This document shows positions 45,699 to 55,200 of a stretch of DNA of 64,000 nucleotides, piece by piece. The stretch is from a virus (taxonomy: Duplodnaviria; Caudoviricetes): IMG/VR virus record IMGVR_UViG_2918843722_000002, positions 4,720 to 68,719 of that record, one strand, 5' to 3'. The notes below the pieces were generated by a model, which saw nothing but the letters and a program-made list of their open reading frames with translations, made no database searches and was not told the origin of the DNA. Positions within the stretch are counted from its first letter, which is position 1. Every line of letters starts with the position of its first letter. Position numbers and translations under genes: made by a program.

Positions 45699-46442
45699 AT
45701 GAGCACACTAACCGACGCGTTCCGGTCCACGTACGATCTCGCCTTTCAGAAAAGCCCCATCATTCTGGTTGGCGGGATCGCGTCGAATACTCTCGGCGGC
45801 ATGCTACCGATCATTGCGTTGGGCGGCCAGGCTCTAGGCGCGGTGCAGGGCGCGTTGACAAGTGGCAGCCTCTCTACAGACGACTTTTTCGCAACCTATG
45901 TGCCGATTCCTGGCTCGACGCTGATCAGCCAGCAGATTGCGACGTATCCATTTGCCAATCAGGCGGTGGCGGCGAATTCAACGATCCAGCAGCCGTTGAC
46001 AATCTCGCTAAGAATGATCGCACCGGTGAAGGACACCGCGGGCTACCTGACGAAACTTGCGATCTGGACGTCGCTGCAGAGTTCGCTGGTAGCGCACAAC
46101 GCAGCCGGCGGCCGGTATCACGTCGCAACGCCATGGCGCATCTACACCGATTGTCTGTTGCAAAGCATTGCGGACACGACAGGTGGAGATGGAAAGCAGC
46201 AGCAGATCATGGCTCAGTGGGATTTTGTGCAGCCGCTCGTCACGCAGATGCAGGCCGGAAGCGCGTACAACTCGCTGATGAGCAAACTGTCTTCAGGAGC
46301 GCAAATTACGCCGCCTACCACTGCCGGGTCGTCGATCTGGTCTAGCGCGGCGACAGCGGTAGGCACTGCCGCACAAAACGCAGTGTCCAACGTCACCAAT
46401 CTGACGGGCGTAGTCAATCAATATCTCTCGGCGCCGCTATGA
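45699..46442 (+). CDS. Tail tube initiator/baseplate protein
   Basis: YPFANQ.VAAN..I.QPL motif; synteny. Confidence 0.65.
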   Translation: MSTLTDAFRSTYDLAFQKSPIILVGGIASNTLGGMLPIIALGGQALGAVQGALTSGSLSTDDFFATYVPIPGSTLISQQIATYPFANQAVAANSTIQQPLTISLRMIAPVKDTAGYLTKLAIWTSLQSSLVAHNAAGGRYHVATPWRIYTDCLLQSIADTTGGDGKQQQIMAQWDFVQPLVTQMQAGSAYNSLMSKLSSGAQITPPTTAGSSIWSSAATAVGTAAQNAVSNVTNLTGVVNQYLSAPL

Positions 46443-46720
46443 GCACTACGCTGATCGCATTCTCGCCGAACAACTCGGCGTCGCCGCCCTTCTCTAGCAC
46501 TGTCACGCTCGACAACGTCAGCTATCAGCTCGTCGTAACCTGGAACATTGCCGGCCAGCGTTGGTTTGCTTCATTGCTGGATCAATCCGGGGCTGCGATA
46601 TGGTCGGGCGCATTGGTAGGTTCGCCGCTCGGCTTCGACATCCTGTTGGCGCCGGGTATCTTCACGTCAAGCACGCTGCTATACCGGGCGGACACCGGGA
46701 ACTTCGAGGTTAGTTCGTGA
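46439..46720 (+). CDS. Small baseplate protein
   Basis: TLD...Y.L..TWN..GQRW; synteny. Confidence 0.7.
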   Translation: MSTTLIAFSPNNSASPPFSSTVTLDNVSYQLVVTWNIAGQRWFASLLDQSGAAIWSGALVGSPLGFDILLAPGIFTSSTLLYRADTGNFEVSS

Positions 46721-47676
46721 GTCGATACTATTCCCTGACGATCACTCCGACAGGCAGCACGACGCCGTTCAGGACGTACACCTCACATCCCAACAATATT
46801 TACGATCCCGCATCACTGAACATAGAGTACGACGCACTGGTAGGTCCGTATGGAACTCCGAGCGGCGCGTCAACCGTTACGGTCTACGGCATCCCTCTGC
46901 AGGATCTGACGCAGGCTCAGCAATTCGCTGGCATGACACTCGAGCTTAAGGCGGGCATGCGCGCTGGTCTGCCGCTGGTCAACCCTGCTCAGGCCGGCAC
47001 GATTCTCAAGGGATCGATCTTCCAGTCATTCGGTAACTGGGAGGGGGTGGACCAGACGCTCGACTTCGTCGTGATACCCGGCACCTACACGGTCGACAAT
47101 CCCGGAAATATCCTGCTTGACTGGACTGCCGGCATGTCGCTCGCCGATGCTCTGAGGCAGACGTTTTCGGTTGCCTATCCGGGATTCAATGTCTCGATCA
47201 ACATCAGCGACGACCTCGTCCAGAACCACGACGAGCCGCACATATGCGGTACGCTGGATCAGCTCGCTCAGGTTGTGGGCGACATTACAGAGGGCGTATT
47301 TGATAACCGGGTGACGATCGGCATTCAGGCCGGGAAAATTGTTGTCTACGACAGCACATATAAGCCCAGCCCGATCCAGTTGAATTTCAACGATTTCGTC
47401 GGGCAGCCGACATGGATTGGCATCAACACGATCCAGACGAAAATGGTCGCGCGAGCCGATCTGCAAATGGGCGCCATCGTCAAGATGCCACAGGGACTGC
47501 AGAATGCCCCCGGGTACATCAAGACTAGCACCAGCGCCTATCCGTCGAGCATCAAGTATCAGACGACGTTCCAGAACGATTTCATCATCAATGAGTTGCG
47601 TCAGATCGGTAATTTCCGGTCACCAGATGCGGCGCAATGGTCCACGATAGCAAACTGCGTGATCGTACCCGGCTAA
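46717..47676 (+). CDS. Baseplate hub protein
   Basis: 319 aa; D..GQPTWI motif; synteny. Confidence 0.7.
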   Translation: MSRYYSLTITPTGSTTPFRTYTSHPNNIYDPASLNIEYDALVGPYGTPSGASTVTVYGIPLQDLTQAQQFAGMTLELKAGMRAGLPLVNPAQAGTILKGSIFQSFGNWEGVDQTLDFVVIPGTYTVDNPGNILLDWTAGMSLADALRQTFSVAYPGFNVSINISDDLVQNHDEPHICGTLDQLAQVVGDITEGVFDNRVTIGIQAGKIVVYDSTYKPSPIQLNFNDFVGQPTWIGINTIQTKMVARADLQMGAIVKMPQGLQNAPGYIKTSTSAYPSSIKYQTTFQNDFIINELRQIGNFRSPDAAQWSTIANCVIVPG

Positions 47677-47679
47677 GCG

Positions 47680-48357
47680 ATGTCAGAAAACTACGCAAAA
47701 CTCTGGGTCCAGCGCAGCGCTAACCAGACGGCTATCAACCGTGCGCAGCAGGCAATCGAAAACCTCGGTCGCGCGCTTCCCTGTCGCGTCGTGAAGGTCT
47801 CTGGCGCCATCGTAACGGTAGCGTTTGAGGTAAATGCGGCGCCGTACACGCTACCGAACATCACGATACCGAAGGCTGAAAGCCCGTGGATCAGGATGCC
47901 TACGCAGGTTGGCGACAAGGGCGTCACGATGCCGGCGGATGCCTATCTCGGTGGAGTGTCGGGCTTGGGCGGTGGCGTGGCAACACTGACGCGGCCGGGC
48001 AATTTGAGCGCCCTCGTTTTCGTGCCGGTTAGCAACTCTGGTTCCGGTCCCGACGACCCGAACGCTGCCCAGGTTTGCGGACCGAATGGCGCGATCATCC
48101 GAACGACGACCGGAACGGCGTCTTCAATTGTGACGAACGACGAAGGTACAACGATCACATTTGGCGCGACGACGCTGGTAATTAACGCCGCAGGAATAAC
48201 GATGACCGCCAACGGTGAGACGTTCACATGGGGAGGCACACAGGCAGTATCGACGATGCCGATTCAGGCTCCCGATGTAATACTGCCGAATGGCGCAGTC
48301 AATCCACACGTCCACAGCGATCCGCAGGGCGGAACGACTGGGCCCATGACCGGTTAA
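47680..48357 (+). CDS. Baseplate central spike
   Basis: LPCRVVKV OB-fold start, P.QVGDKG, C-terminal H.HSDPQGG.TGP metal-binding apex. Confidence 0.8.
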   Translation: MSENYAKLWVQRSANQTAINRAQQAIENLGRALPCRVVKVSGAIVTVAFEVNAAPYTLPNITIPKAESPWIRMPTQVGDKGVTMPADAYLGGVSGLGGGVATLTRPGNLSALVFVPVSNSGSGPDDPNAAQVCGPNGAIIRTTTGTASSIVTNDEGTTITFGATTLVINAAGITMTANGETFTWGGTQAVSTMPIQAPDVILPNGAVNPHVHSDPQGGTTGPMTG

Positions 48358-48689
48358 TGCGGCGAGTAGCTGCCTTGAAGACTGCCATACCGGTCCTGCC
48401 ACAGGCTGAACTTGTGCATGTAATCGACCGTGCCGTTGCTCCAATGCACCGTGACATAGCAGTCGATCCGGTAGAGGCCTGGATAGTACTCATAAGCCGG
48501 AGTGCCGGCGGCCGTCTCAATAGACTTGATTCGGGCAGCATTCGGGCCGAGATCCAGAAGATAAGGGATATTCGTCATCTCCATGTCGTGCGCAAGCGGA
48601 GCCTGGCAGTTCTGCGGAATTCCAGACAGATCGACAGCATGCGCCGTGGTCGCCGCAAGAAATACCATTAGGACGATAGATCGATTCAT
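48354..48689 (-). CDS. Moron: secreted/periplasmic protein
   Basis: MNRSIVLMVFLAATTAHA signal peptide; antisense to the late operon. Confidence 0.7.
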   Translation of the reverse strand: MNRSIVLMVFLAATTAHAVDLSGIPQNCQAPLAHDMEMTNIPYLLDLGPNAARIKSIETAAGTPAYEYYPGLYRIDCYVTVHWSNGTVDYMHKFSLWQDRYGSLQGSYSPH

Positions 48690-49342
48690 TTCTTTTCCTT
48701 GTTATGCATGGATGTGAAGCCAAAATCGTTCGGTTCAAACCGTGGACAGAGGTCGCAATAGCGCTGCACGCCTTCTGCCTGTATCTGATCGGCAACGCTT
48801 GCCGGATGATTCTTCTGAGCCCTGAACCATTGCAGCATGTGCCTGCATGGGAAGACGTATGCGGCGCCCTCTGACGCTATCTGGTGGACGCGGAAATATA
48901 GCGCAATGTGATCCAGGTTTCGATACGTACTCGAATAGCTAAACGGGTCATCGATGAGCCTCCAGCAATGGGCTCGATAGTCCCTTGCTGCACAGGAATC
49001 AGCAAAGCATTTTAGGACCGCTTCGATCTGGAAAGCGGGCTCTGTGTCTCCAATCACCATGCGCCCTCGCGCATAAAAATGCGTGCCTCGCCATCCGCGA
49101 ACGTAGTGAATCAGGCGCATCGCAGCATTAGCTCCGTCAAACGTGGCCGCAAAGCCGGCAATGTGGACTTTCAGTGATTCGAGGTTGCGCTCAGCAAATA
49201 GCGGAGCGTGCCTCGCTACATCGTCGGCCAGCGCAAACGCCTCCGATCGGCTTTTCAGGAAAACGACGATCAGCAAATGATCGTGTGATAGCCGTAGCAG
49301 ATTTTCATGAGTGAAGAAGCCGGGCTGATACGTCTCGGGCAT
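48686..49342 (-). CDS. Moron: Cys/His-rich protein of unknown function
   Basis: 218 aa; C..SC, HC, FPC, CDLCP motifs; ATGA-coupled to the next gene. Confidence 0.7.
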   Translation of the reverse strand: MPETYQPGFFTHENLLRLSHDHLLIVVFLKSRSEAFALADDVARHAPLFAERNLESLKVHIAGFAATFDGANAAMRLIHYVRGWRGTHFYARGRMVIGDTEPAFQIEAVLKCFADSCAARDYRAHCWRLIDDPFSYSSTYRNLDHIALYFRVHQIASEGAAYVFPCRHMLQWFRAQKNHPASVADQIQAEGVQRYCDLCPRFEPNDFGFTSMHNKEKK

Positions 49343-49364
49343 TTCGGAAATTCCAGGATAAACG

Positions 49365-49712
49365 ATGAGGACTTACGGGCGCATCACGAACGAAGACGGT
49401 TCGAAAACTTGGGTCGTCGTTGAAACGGATGCCAACGGTTATTCAGACAATGTTTATCTCACCACGCTTGTCCAGTGCCTCAAGTTGAATCTGGGCGAGT
49501 CGCCGATCTACGCGAACTACGGCATTCCTCAGTACCAGACAATCGTGACTCAGGTCTTGCCGGACTACTACGTCATGCAGATTCAGACGCAGTTTTCACA
49601 GTATTTCGCCTCTCTCACCATTAGCCGGGTACAGGGATCATTCCCTCCCGTCTACCAGGTCAATGCTACGTGCCATAACGGCGCCATCATCAATTCAACC
49701 ATCGCGACATGA
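49365..49712 (+). CDS. Baseplate wedge protein (gp25-like)
   Basis: MRTYGR...LKLNLGESP.YANYGIP; synteny. Confidence 0.7.
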   Translation: MRTYGRITNEDGSKTWVVVETDANGYSDNVYLTTLVQCLKLNLGESPIYANYGIPQYQTIVTQVLPDYYVMQIQTQFSQYFASLTISRVQGSFPPVYQVNATCHNGAIINSTIAT

Positions 49713-51130
49713 CCACCTCCTCCACGTCTATTCCGGTGGTAATGACCGCGTCCGGTCCTCAGACCACGCCTGTCGCCACGCTGTACGAGGCGCTGATTAC
49801 CTATGTTGCAAATCAGGTCCCAGGATACACCGCGAACCTTCCGGGAGCACTGATTGATGATGTGGCAGGCACCGATACTGGAGCGCTGGTTGCGATCGAT
49901 CAGGCGCGGGTAGACGCCATCAATAGCGTAACGCCATACGGAGCGAATGCCTTCATTCTCGCCCAGTTGGGTGAGCAATTTGGCGTCCCGCAGGGCACCG
50001 CCGCAAATGGCAGCGTCTACGTTCAGTTTTCCGGTCCCGCTGGATACGTTCTTCCGAAAGGCTTCGTCGTTGGCGACGGAAGCAACCAGTATGCGCTTCA
50101 GGATGGCGGCGTCATCGAAACGGGAGGCACGAGTCCGCAACTGTACGCCGTTGCCACGACAAGCGGAACGTTCGCCATTCCGGCCGACACCGTCAACCAA
50201 CTCGTGACGTCGGTTCCTAGCGCCTATGCCGTCACCGTCACCAATCCCGAGGCAGGCATTCCGGCAACGTCGGCGGAAAGCGTGCAGGATTATCGGGCTC
50301 GGGTGCTGCAGGCGGGAATCGTTGCCTCTACCGGAACACCGGCATATGTGAAGACTCTACTCGAGAAAATCACTGGCGTTCAGGCTCGGCTCGTTTCGAT
50401 CAATCAACTATCCGGTGGATGGCAAATTGTGTGTGGCGGCGGCGACGTCTATTCCGTAGCCACTGCAATTCTTCAGGGCGTTCCTGACATCGCGGTTCTG
50501 CAAGGCTCGCAACTCGCCATCACGGGTATGACGGCCGCCAATCCGGTCGTCATCACGACGAACCTCAATCATGGCTTTCAGGTTGGCCAAACCGTAACTG
50601 TCACTGGCGCTACGCCGAGCGGGTATAACCGGTCCTACACCGTAGCGTCCGTGACAGCGACGACTATCACGACGACCACGAACGGAAGCGGGTTCGGTGC
50701 CTATACAAGCGGCGCGACTCTGAATCCCAATCCGCGGAATGTCTCGGTTTCGCTGTTCCAGAATCCCAACACGTACTCCATCAAGTTCGTCAATCCGCCT
50801 CAGCAGGTCGTTGCGATCGCGGTGACATGGAATACGACGCTGCCGAGCTTTACGGCTGGAATGTCTGTGGCGCAGCTCGCGGCACCTGCTCTTCAGTCGT
50901 ACATCAACTCAGTCCCGGTCGGACAGCCGATCAACGAACTGGAGATGACTGCGGTTTTCCAGAATGCTGTTTCATCGGTTATTGCGCCTCAGAACGTGAC
51001 TACGTTGCAGTTCGCTGTGACGATCAACGGCGTGTCAGCTTCGCCATCGGCTGGGACCAGCATCATCGCCAGCGACCCAGAATCGTATTTCTTCGCTTCA
51101 GCATCGGCGATCACCATCACACAGGGCTAA
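49709..51130 (+). CDS. Baseplate J-like protein with inserted beta-domain
   Basis: LAQLG...GV...A.G.V.FSG..GYV.P.G..V, ES..DYR.RV motifs. Confidence 0.85.
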   Translation: MTTSSTSIPVVMTASGPQTTPVATLYEALITYVANQVPGYTANLPGALIDDVAGTDTGALVAIDQARVDAINSVTPYGANAFILAQLGEQFGVPQGTAANGSVYVQFSGPAGYVLPKGFVVGDGSNQYALQDGGVIETGGTSPQLYAVATTSGTFAIPADTVNQLVTSVPSAYAVTVTNPEAGIPATSAESVQDYRARVLQAGIVASTGTPAYVKTLLEKITGVQARLVSINQLSGGWQIVCGGGDVYSVATAILQGVPDIAVLQGSQLAITGMTAANPVVITTNLNHGFQVGQTVTVTGATPSGYNRSYTVASVTATTITTTTNGSGFGAYTSGATLNPNPRNVSVSLFQNPNTYSIKFVNPPQQVVAIAVTWNTTLPSFTAGMSVAQLAAPALQSYINSVPVGQPINELEMTAVFQNAVSSVIAPQNVTTLQFAVTINGVSASPSAGTSIIASDPESYFFASASAITITQG

Positions 51131-51133
51131 AGC

Positions 51134-52033
51134 ATGCAGATCGAAAGCTTTTCGACTGTGCCCCTGCAGCAGAACATTCCGAGCTACCTGTATGCCGAGT
51201 ACAGCGACGATGAGGATCTGCAAGCTTTCGTTGACGCCTTCAATTCGTTGGCGCAGGGCTATCTGGACTGGTTCAATCAGTCGCCGCTCGGTCTTTACAC
51301 ATCGCCATTCATAAACGGCCCGCTACTCGACTGGATCGGACAGGGAGTCTACGGCATTAGCCGACCCGTGCTCGCGACAACGTCAACGACGCGCCGAGCC
51401 GGGTACAACGCCAACGCGTACGACACGATTCCCTACAACGGGCAGTTTTACTCGTCGACGCAGACCGCTTCTATAGCTACCGATGACATCTACAAGCGGG
51501 TGATGACGTGGCACCTGTACCGAGGCGATGGCCAGCAGTTCAGCATGCAGTGGCTCAAGAACCGGATCAGCCGTTTCGTCAACGGTGCGAACGGAAGTGA
51601 CTGGCCGGTGCTTAATCAGCCTCCGTCTATCACTGTGTCGGGCACTGTTTTCACGGTGACCGAATACGACAGCGCAGCATTCGAAGCTCTCCGGGAGTGC
51701 TATGCAAACTCGGTCCTTCAGTTCCCCTTTCAATACACCCTCAGTTTCATCGCCAACAGCTTTGCAAGCGATGGCGGAGTTTTGACGCTTCCCTATGCGT
51801 TGACATACCCGCAAAGTCCGCTCGGTCTCTCTGCGGGAGCGGTCTGGTGGAATGGCGGCGTGATATGCGTTGTTCCCGGTCACACGCCAGACCCATCTGC
51901 TCCACCGATGTACTTTCAATACACCTTCCCCGCCCAGCTACTCGCATCGGGCGGCGGAAATCTTCCGCTTTCCAATCCCGGCGTCGGCTCGGGGCAACTC
52001 TGGAATAACGGCGGCGTAGTCTGCATCGCCTAA
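51134..52033 (+). CDS. Baseplate wedge/tail-fibre attachment protein
   Basis: G.LLDWIG..VYG..R, DD.YKR motifs typical of gp48/DUF2612-like proteins. Confidence 0.7.
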   Translation: MQIESFSTVPLQQNIPSYLYAEYSDDEDLQAFVDAFNSLAQGYLDWFNQSPLGLYTSPFINGPLLDWIGQGVYGISRPVLATTSTTRRAGYNANAYDTIPYNGQFYSSTQTASIATDDIYKRVMTWHLYRGDGQQFSMQWLKNRISRFVNGANGSDWPVLNQPPSITVSGTVFTVTEYDSAAFEALRECYANSVLQFPFQYTLSFIANSFASDGGVLTLPYALTYPQSPLGLSAGAVWWNGGVICVVPGHTPDPSAPPMYFQYTFPAQLLASGGGNLPLSNPGVGSGQLWNNGGVVCIA

Positions 52034-52039
52034 AAGCCT

Positions 52040-52987
52040 ATGACTATTTTTGTCTTTGCGAACAACGTCGACACGACGTTGGCGGGGAATATTTCGCCTT
52101 CCTCAACCTCGCTGACGCTGTCCAGTTCCGCGAACCTGCCCACATCAATCCCCACTGGATATGTGTTCGTCATCACATTGAATGATGTGGCCACGCGCCA
52201 GAACTTCGAAGTGATCTACGCGACCAGTGTGTCAGGGTCGACCTTGAGCGGCCTACTCCGAGGCCAGGAAGGAACGGCCGCCCTGTCATGGTCGACAGGA
52301 GATTTTGCCTATAGCGCACCGACTGCGGGACAAATGCAGAATGTGCAAACAGGGCATCTTCTGAATATCCAAAAGTTCAGCACGCCGGGCACGTTCACTT
52401 ACACGCCGACTCCCGGCATGAACACAGTCATCGCATACGTGCAGGCCGCGGGAGGCGGTAGCGACGGATTGCCCGCAACGTCTTCCACGCAATTCGCGCT
52501 GAGTGTCGCTGGATATTCGGGAGCACTTGCTGTTGGCAAATTCACAGCAGCCCAGATCGGTAGCGGCCAGACGGGGGTCGTCGGGGCCGGCGGTTCGCCG
52601 GGCGCGTCTGGCGGCGGAGTGGCTACGGCTGGAGGCAACAGTTCTTTGGGTGCCCTTGCTGTTGCTAACGGTGGTCCCGCAGGTAATGGCCATTATGGCC
52701 CTACCACATCATCGATTCTGATCGTTGGCAATGTCGCGCCCGCTCCGGCCGCGACAGGCGGAAATTTATTCAACTCTCCGGGATTGGCTGGAAGCCCAAG
52801 CATGGGGGGCTCCAACGCATCCGCCTCTGGAAGTCTTGCGGCAGTCGGAGGTGTTGGGGGTGCTTCACCATTGTCCGCGGGCGGCCCAGGAACTGGTGGC
52901 GCGGGAGCAGCCTTGGTGGGCGCGCAATCCGGGACGCCGGGTAATGCCGGCCTTGACGGCATCGTTCTAATCTACGAGTACTCCTGA
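52040..52987 (+). CDS. Tail fibre protein, Gly-rich C-terminus
   Basis: FANN..TTLAG.I...RGQEGT.A..W..GD; F.TPGTFTYTP; glycine-rich domain. Confidence 0.8.
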   Translation: MTIFVFANNVDTTLAGNISPSSTSLTLSSSANLPTSIPTGYVFVITLNDVATRQNFEVIYATSVSGSTLSGLLRGQEGTAALSWSTGDFAYSAPTAGQMQNVQTGHLLNIQKFSTPGTFTYTPTPGMNTVIAYVQAAGGGSDGLPATSSTQFALSVAGYSGALAVGKFTAAQIGSGQTGVVGAGGSPGASGGGVATAGGNSSLGALAVANGGPAGNGHYGPTTSSILIVGNVAPAPAATGGNLFNSPGLAGSPSMGGSNASASGSLAAVGGVGGASPLSAGGPGTGGAGAALVGAQSGTPGNAGLDGIVLIYEYS

Positions 52988-53211
52988 TGACGCAAATTCA
53001 CGGACTTCCCCAACCCCTCACCGGCAATGAACTGGTGACCGTCATCCAGGAGCAGAACGGTAATCAGGCCGTCTGCTCCATGCCCCTCTCAATGTTGGCT
53101 TCGATTCTGTCCACATCCTCGCCCATCTCTTGGGCAACAAGCCTCCCGACCACTGAACCCGCCACGCCAGGCGTCGTCTGGAACAACGGCGGCGTCGTCT
53201 CCATCTCGTAA
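52987..53211 (+). CDS. Small tail-associated protein
   Basis: LPT.EP..PGVVWNNGGVVSIS, motif shared with 51134-52033. Confidence 0.7.
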   Translation: MTQIHGLPQPLTGNELVTVIQEQNGNQAVCSMPLSMLASILSTSSPISWATSLPTTEPATPGVVWNNGGVVSIS

Positions 53212-53217
53212 AAATCA

Positions 53218-55200
53218 ATGAAAAAACTCCTCATTGCGGCACTTCTTGTGCCGATGGCGGCGCTCGCCCAAACGTATCCGTCGCCGACCTTCAACACGCT
53301 CACATTGCAAACCCCGCTCACTGCGGCTAACGGCGGTACGGGAGCGACTACGTCGACCGGAACCGGCTCGGTGGTCTTGTCGAACTCGCCGACTCTCACC
53401 ACGCCGAATCTCGGCACTCCGTCCGCCGCTACACTCACCAATGCAACCGGGTTGCCTATCGCTACTGGCGTCAGCGGTCTTGGAGCGGGCGTTGCATCGG
53501 GTCTTGCAAACTCTGCTACAGGTTCCGGAAGCCCTGTTCTAGCAACGTCTCCGTCGATCTCCAGTCCGTCAATTAGCGGTGGCACGATCAACAATACGTC
53601 TGTGGGAGCGACAACTGCTTCGACCGGAGCTTTTACAACGCTTTCGTCAACGGCGGCAACTGGTCTCGGCACTCCGACCAGCATCGGCACGTCGGTCTAC
53701 CCGACCATCGTTGCGCCGGTTCTCACTACCGCAACGACGACGAACGGCTCCGCAAACATCACGGTTACGAGCGCGACAGGGGTTACAGTCGGGATGGGGG
53801 TGTATGGCAGCTTCTCGCCGAACCAGTGCAGCGGCAACGAGACCGGCTTCATGGGTGTGTATGTCACGGCGGTTTCTGGCACTACGGTGACCATGAGTTG
53901 CCCGGCGAATGCGACGAATGCGACGCCTGTAGCGGTGCAGTTTGGGCAACAGCGGTATAGCCCGACCTCAACTCTGATCGCAAGCGACATCGGCGCCGAA
54001 ACCTTGAAGGTCGGCAGCGCTTCACAAGGTAATTCGGCATCTTGGCTGAATCAGATTTCGACCGGTCAAGACTATCGGCTCACGAGTGCCGCTCAAATCG
54101 TCTCGCCACCCGGTGGGGGCTACGGTATTACGGTGGCCTCTAGAACTTCCGACGCAACCGGTGGGGCCGTCGCGTTTCCGCTTCAGGCATTGTTTTTCGC
54201 TGATAGCGGCAACCCTAACGGCAGCGAAGTTGCATACTTCCAAAGCAATCTGAACCCGGCGACCGCAGGACATGGGCCGCATATTCAATTCGAGCAGACA
54301 ATCGAAAGCGGATGGGCTCCTGGACCCGAAGATCCGTACACGATCAACGCTGTCAACGCGACCATTGCGCATCGTATCGATTGCGGTTCTGGCGGCCCGG
54401 GCGGAGTCGGTCCTGCCGATCAGAGTTGTACCACTGCGATAGACATCGTTCCAAACAACCAGCCGTTCCTGAATGGCATCGTGTTTGCGAATGGATCACT
54501 CGATTCGTCTGGTGGTCTGAACGCGATGGCGATGCCTCTGAATTATGCCGCGACGTGGTTTTCTGCGGCAAACACGTATTCTGCCTTCGTGACATCGAAT
54601 GTCGCCGGAAGAATGCTGTTTGGAACACCGTCTGGAGGGCAGTACAACTTCCAAGTGAATGGCATCACAGCTGCCAATATCACGAGCACGGGATTGAACA
54701 ATACGGCTGTCGGGCAGACGACGGCGGCTGCCGGAAACTTCACCACCCTCGGCGCGTCAGGGCTGGCCACGCTCTCCGGAGGCATCGCAGGCAACACGAC
54801 CGGAACGGCCGCGTCTGCTGGCACGATCGGGGAGGTGCCGAGCGCGACGTTCTCGAGCGTCAATATGACAACGAGCGGCACTGTGCAGAACCTGACGAGC
54901 ATCAACCTGACGGCTGGTGTTTATCTGGTATGGGGATCGGCGACTTACACGGTGGGAACGGGCGCTACGATGAACATTTGGCTGGCCGGCGTAAGCCAGA
55001 CATCGGCAACCTTGCCGGCTGCGGGTACGTACTTCCAAAGCAACGGGTCAATTACCGCGACGGGCGCCGCGACGGCCAATGCTCCAATGTACCTGTTGAC
55101 TCTGTCGTCAGCGAAGACCATTTATCTGACGGGTGATGCGATCTTCAGCGGAGGCGCAGTTACTGCGACAGGGTTCCTCGCGGCACTGCGGATTCATTAA
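53218..55200 (+). CDS. Large fibre/adhesin-like protein with an N-terminal signal peptide
   Basis: MKKLLIAALLVPMAALA signal; T/S/G/A-rich beta repeats; repeated INNTSVG.TT...G.FTTL. Confidence 0.75.
   Translation: MKKLLIAALLVPMAALAQTYPSPTFNTLTLQTPLTAANGGTGATTSTGTGSVVLSNSPTLTTPNLGTPSAATLTNATGLPIATGVSGLGAGVASGLANSATGSGSPVLATSPSISSPSISGGTINNTSVGATTASTGAFTTLSSTAATGLGTPTSIGTSVYPTIVAPVLTTATTTNGSANITVTSATGVTVGMGVYGSFSPNQCSGNETGFMGVYVTAVSGTTVTMSCPANATNATPVAVQFGQQRYSPTSTLIASDIGAETLKVGSASQGNSASWLNQISTGQDYRLTSAAQIVSPPGGGYGITVASRTSDATGGAVAFPLQALFFADSGNPNGSEVAYFQSNLNPATAGHGPHIQFEQTIESGWAPGPEDPYTINAVNATIAHRIDCGSGGPGGVGPADQSCTTAIDIVPNNQPFLNGIVFANGSLDSSGGLNAMAMPLNYAATWFSAANTYSAFVTSNVAGRMLFGTPSGGQYNFQVNGITAANITSTGLNNTAVGQTTAAAGNFTTLGASGLATLSGGIAGNTTGTAASAGTIGEVPSATFSSVNMTTSGTVQNLTSINLTAGVYLVWGSATYTVGTGATMNIWLAGVSQTSATLPAAGTYFQSNGSITATGAATANAPMYLLTLSSAKTIYLTGDAIFSGGAVTATGFLAALRIH

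Noticed and set aside
52040-55200. Diversity-generating retroelement or invertible fibre shufflon
   Set aside because: No reverse transcriptase, no TR/VR repeat pair, no invertase or inverted crossover sites seen
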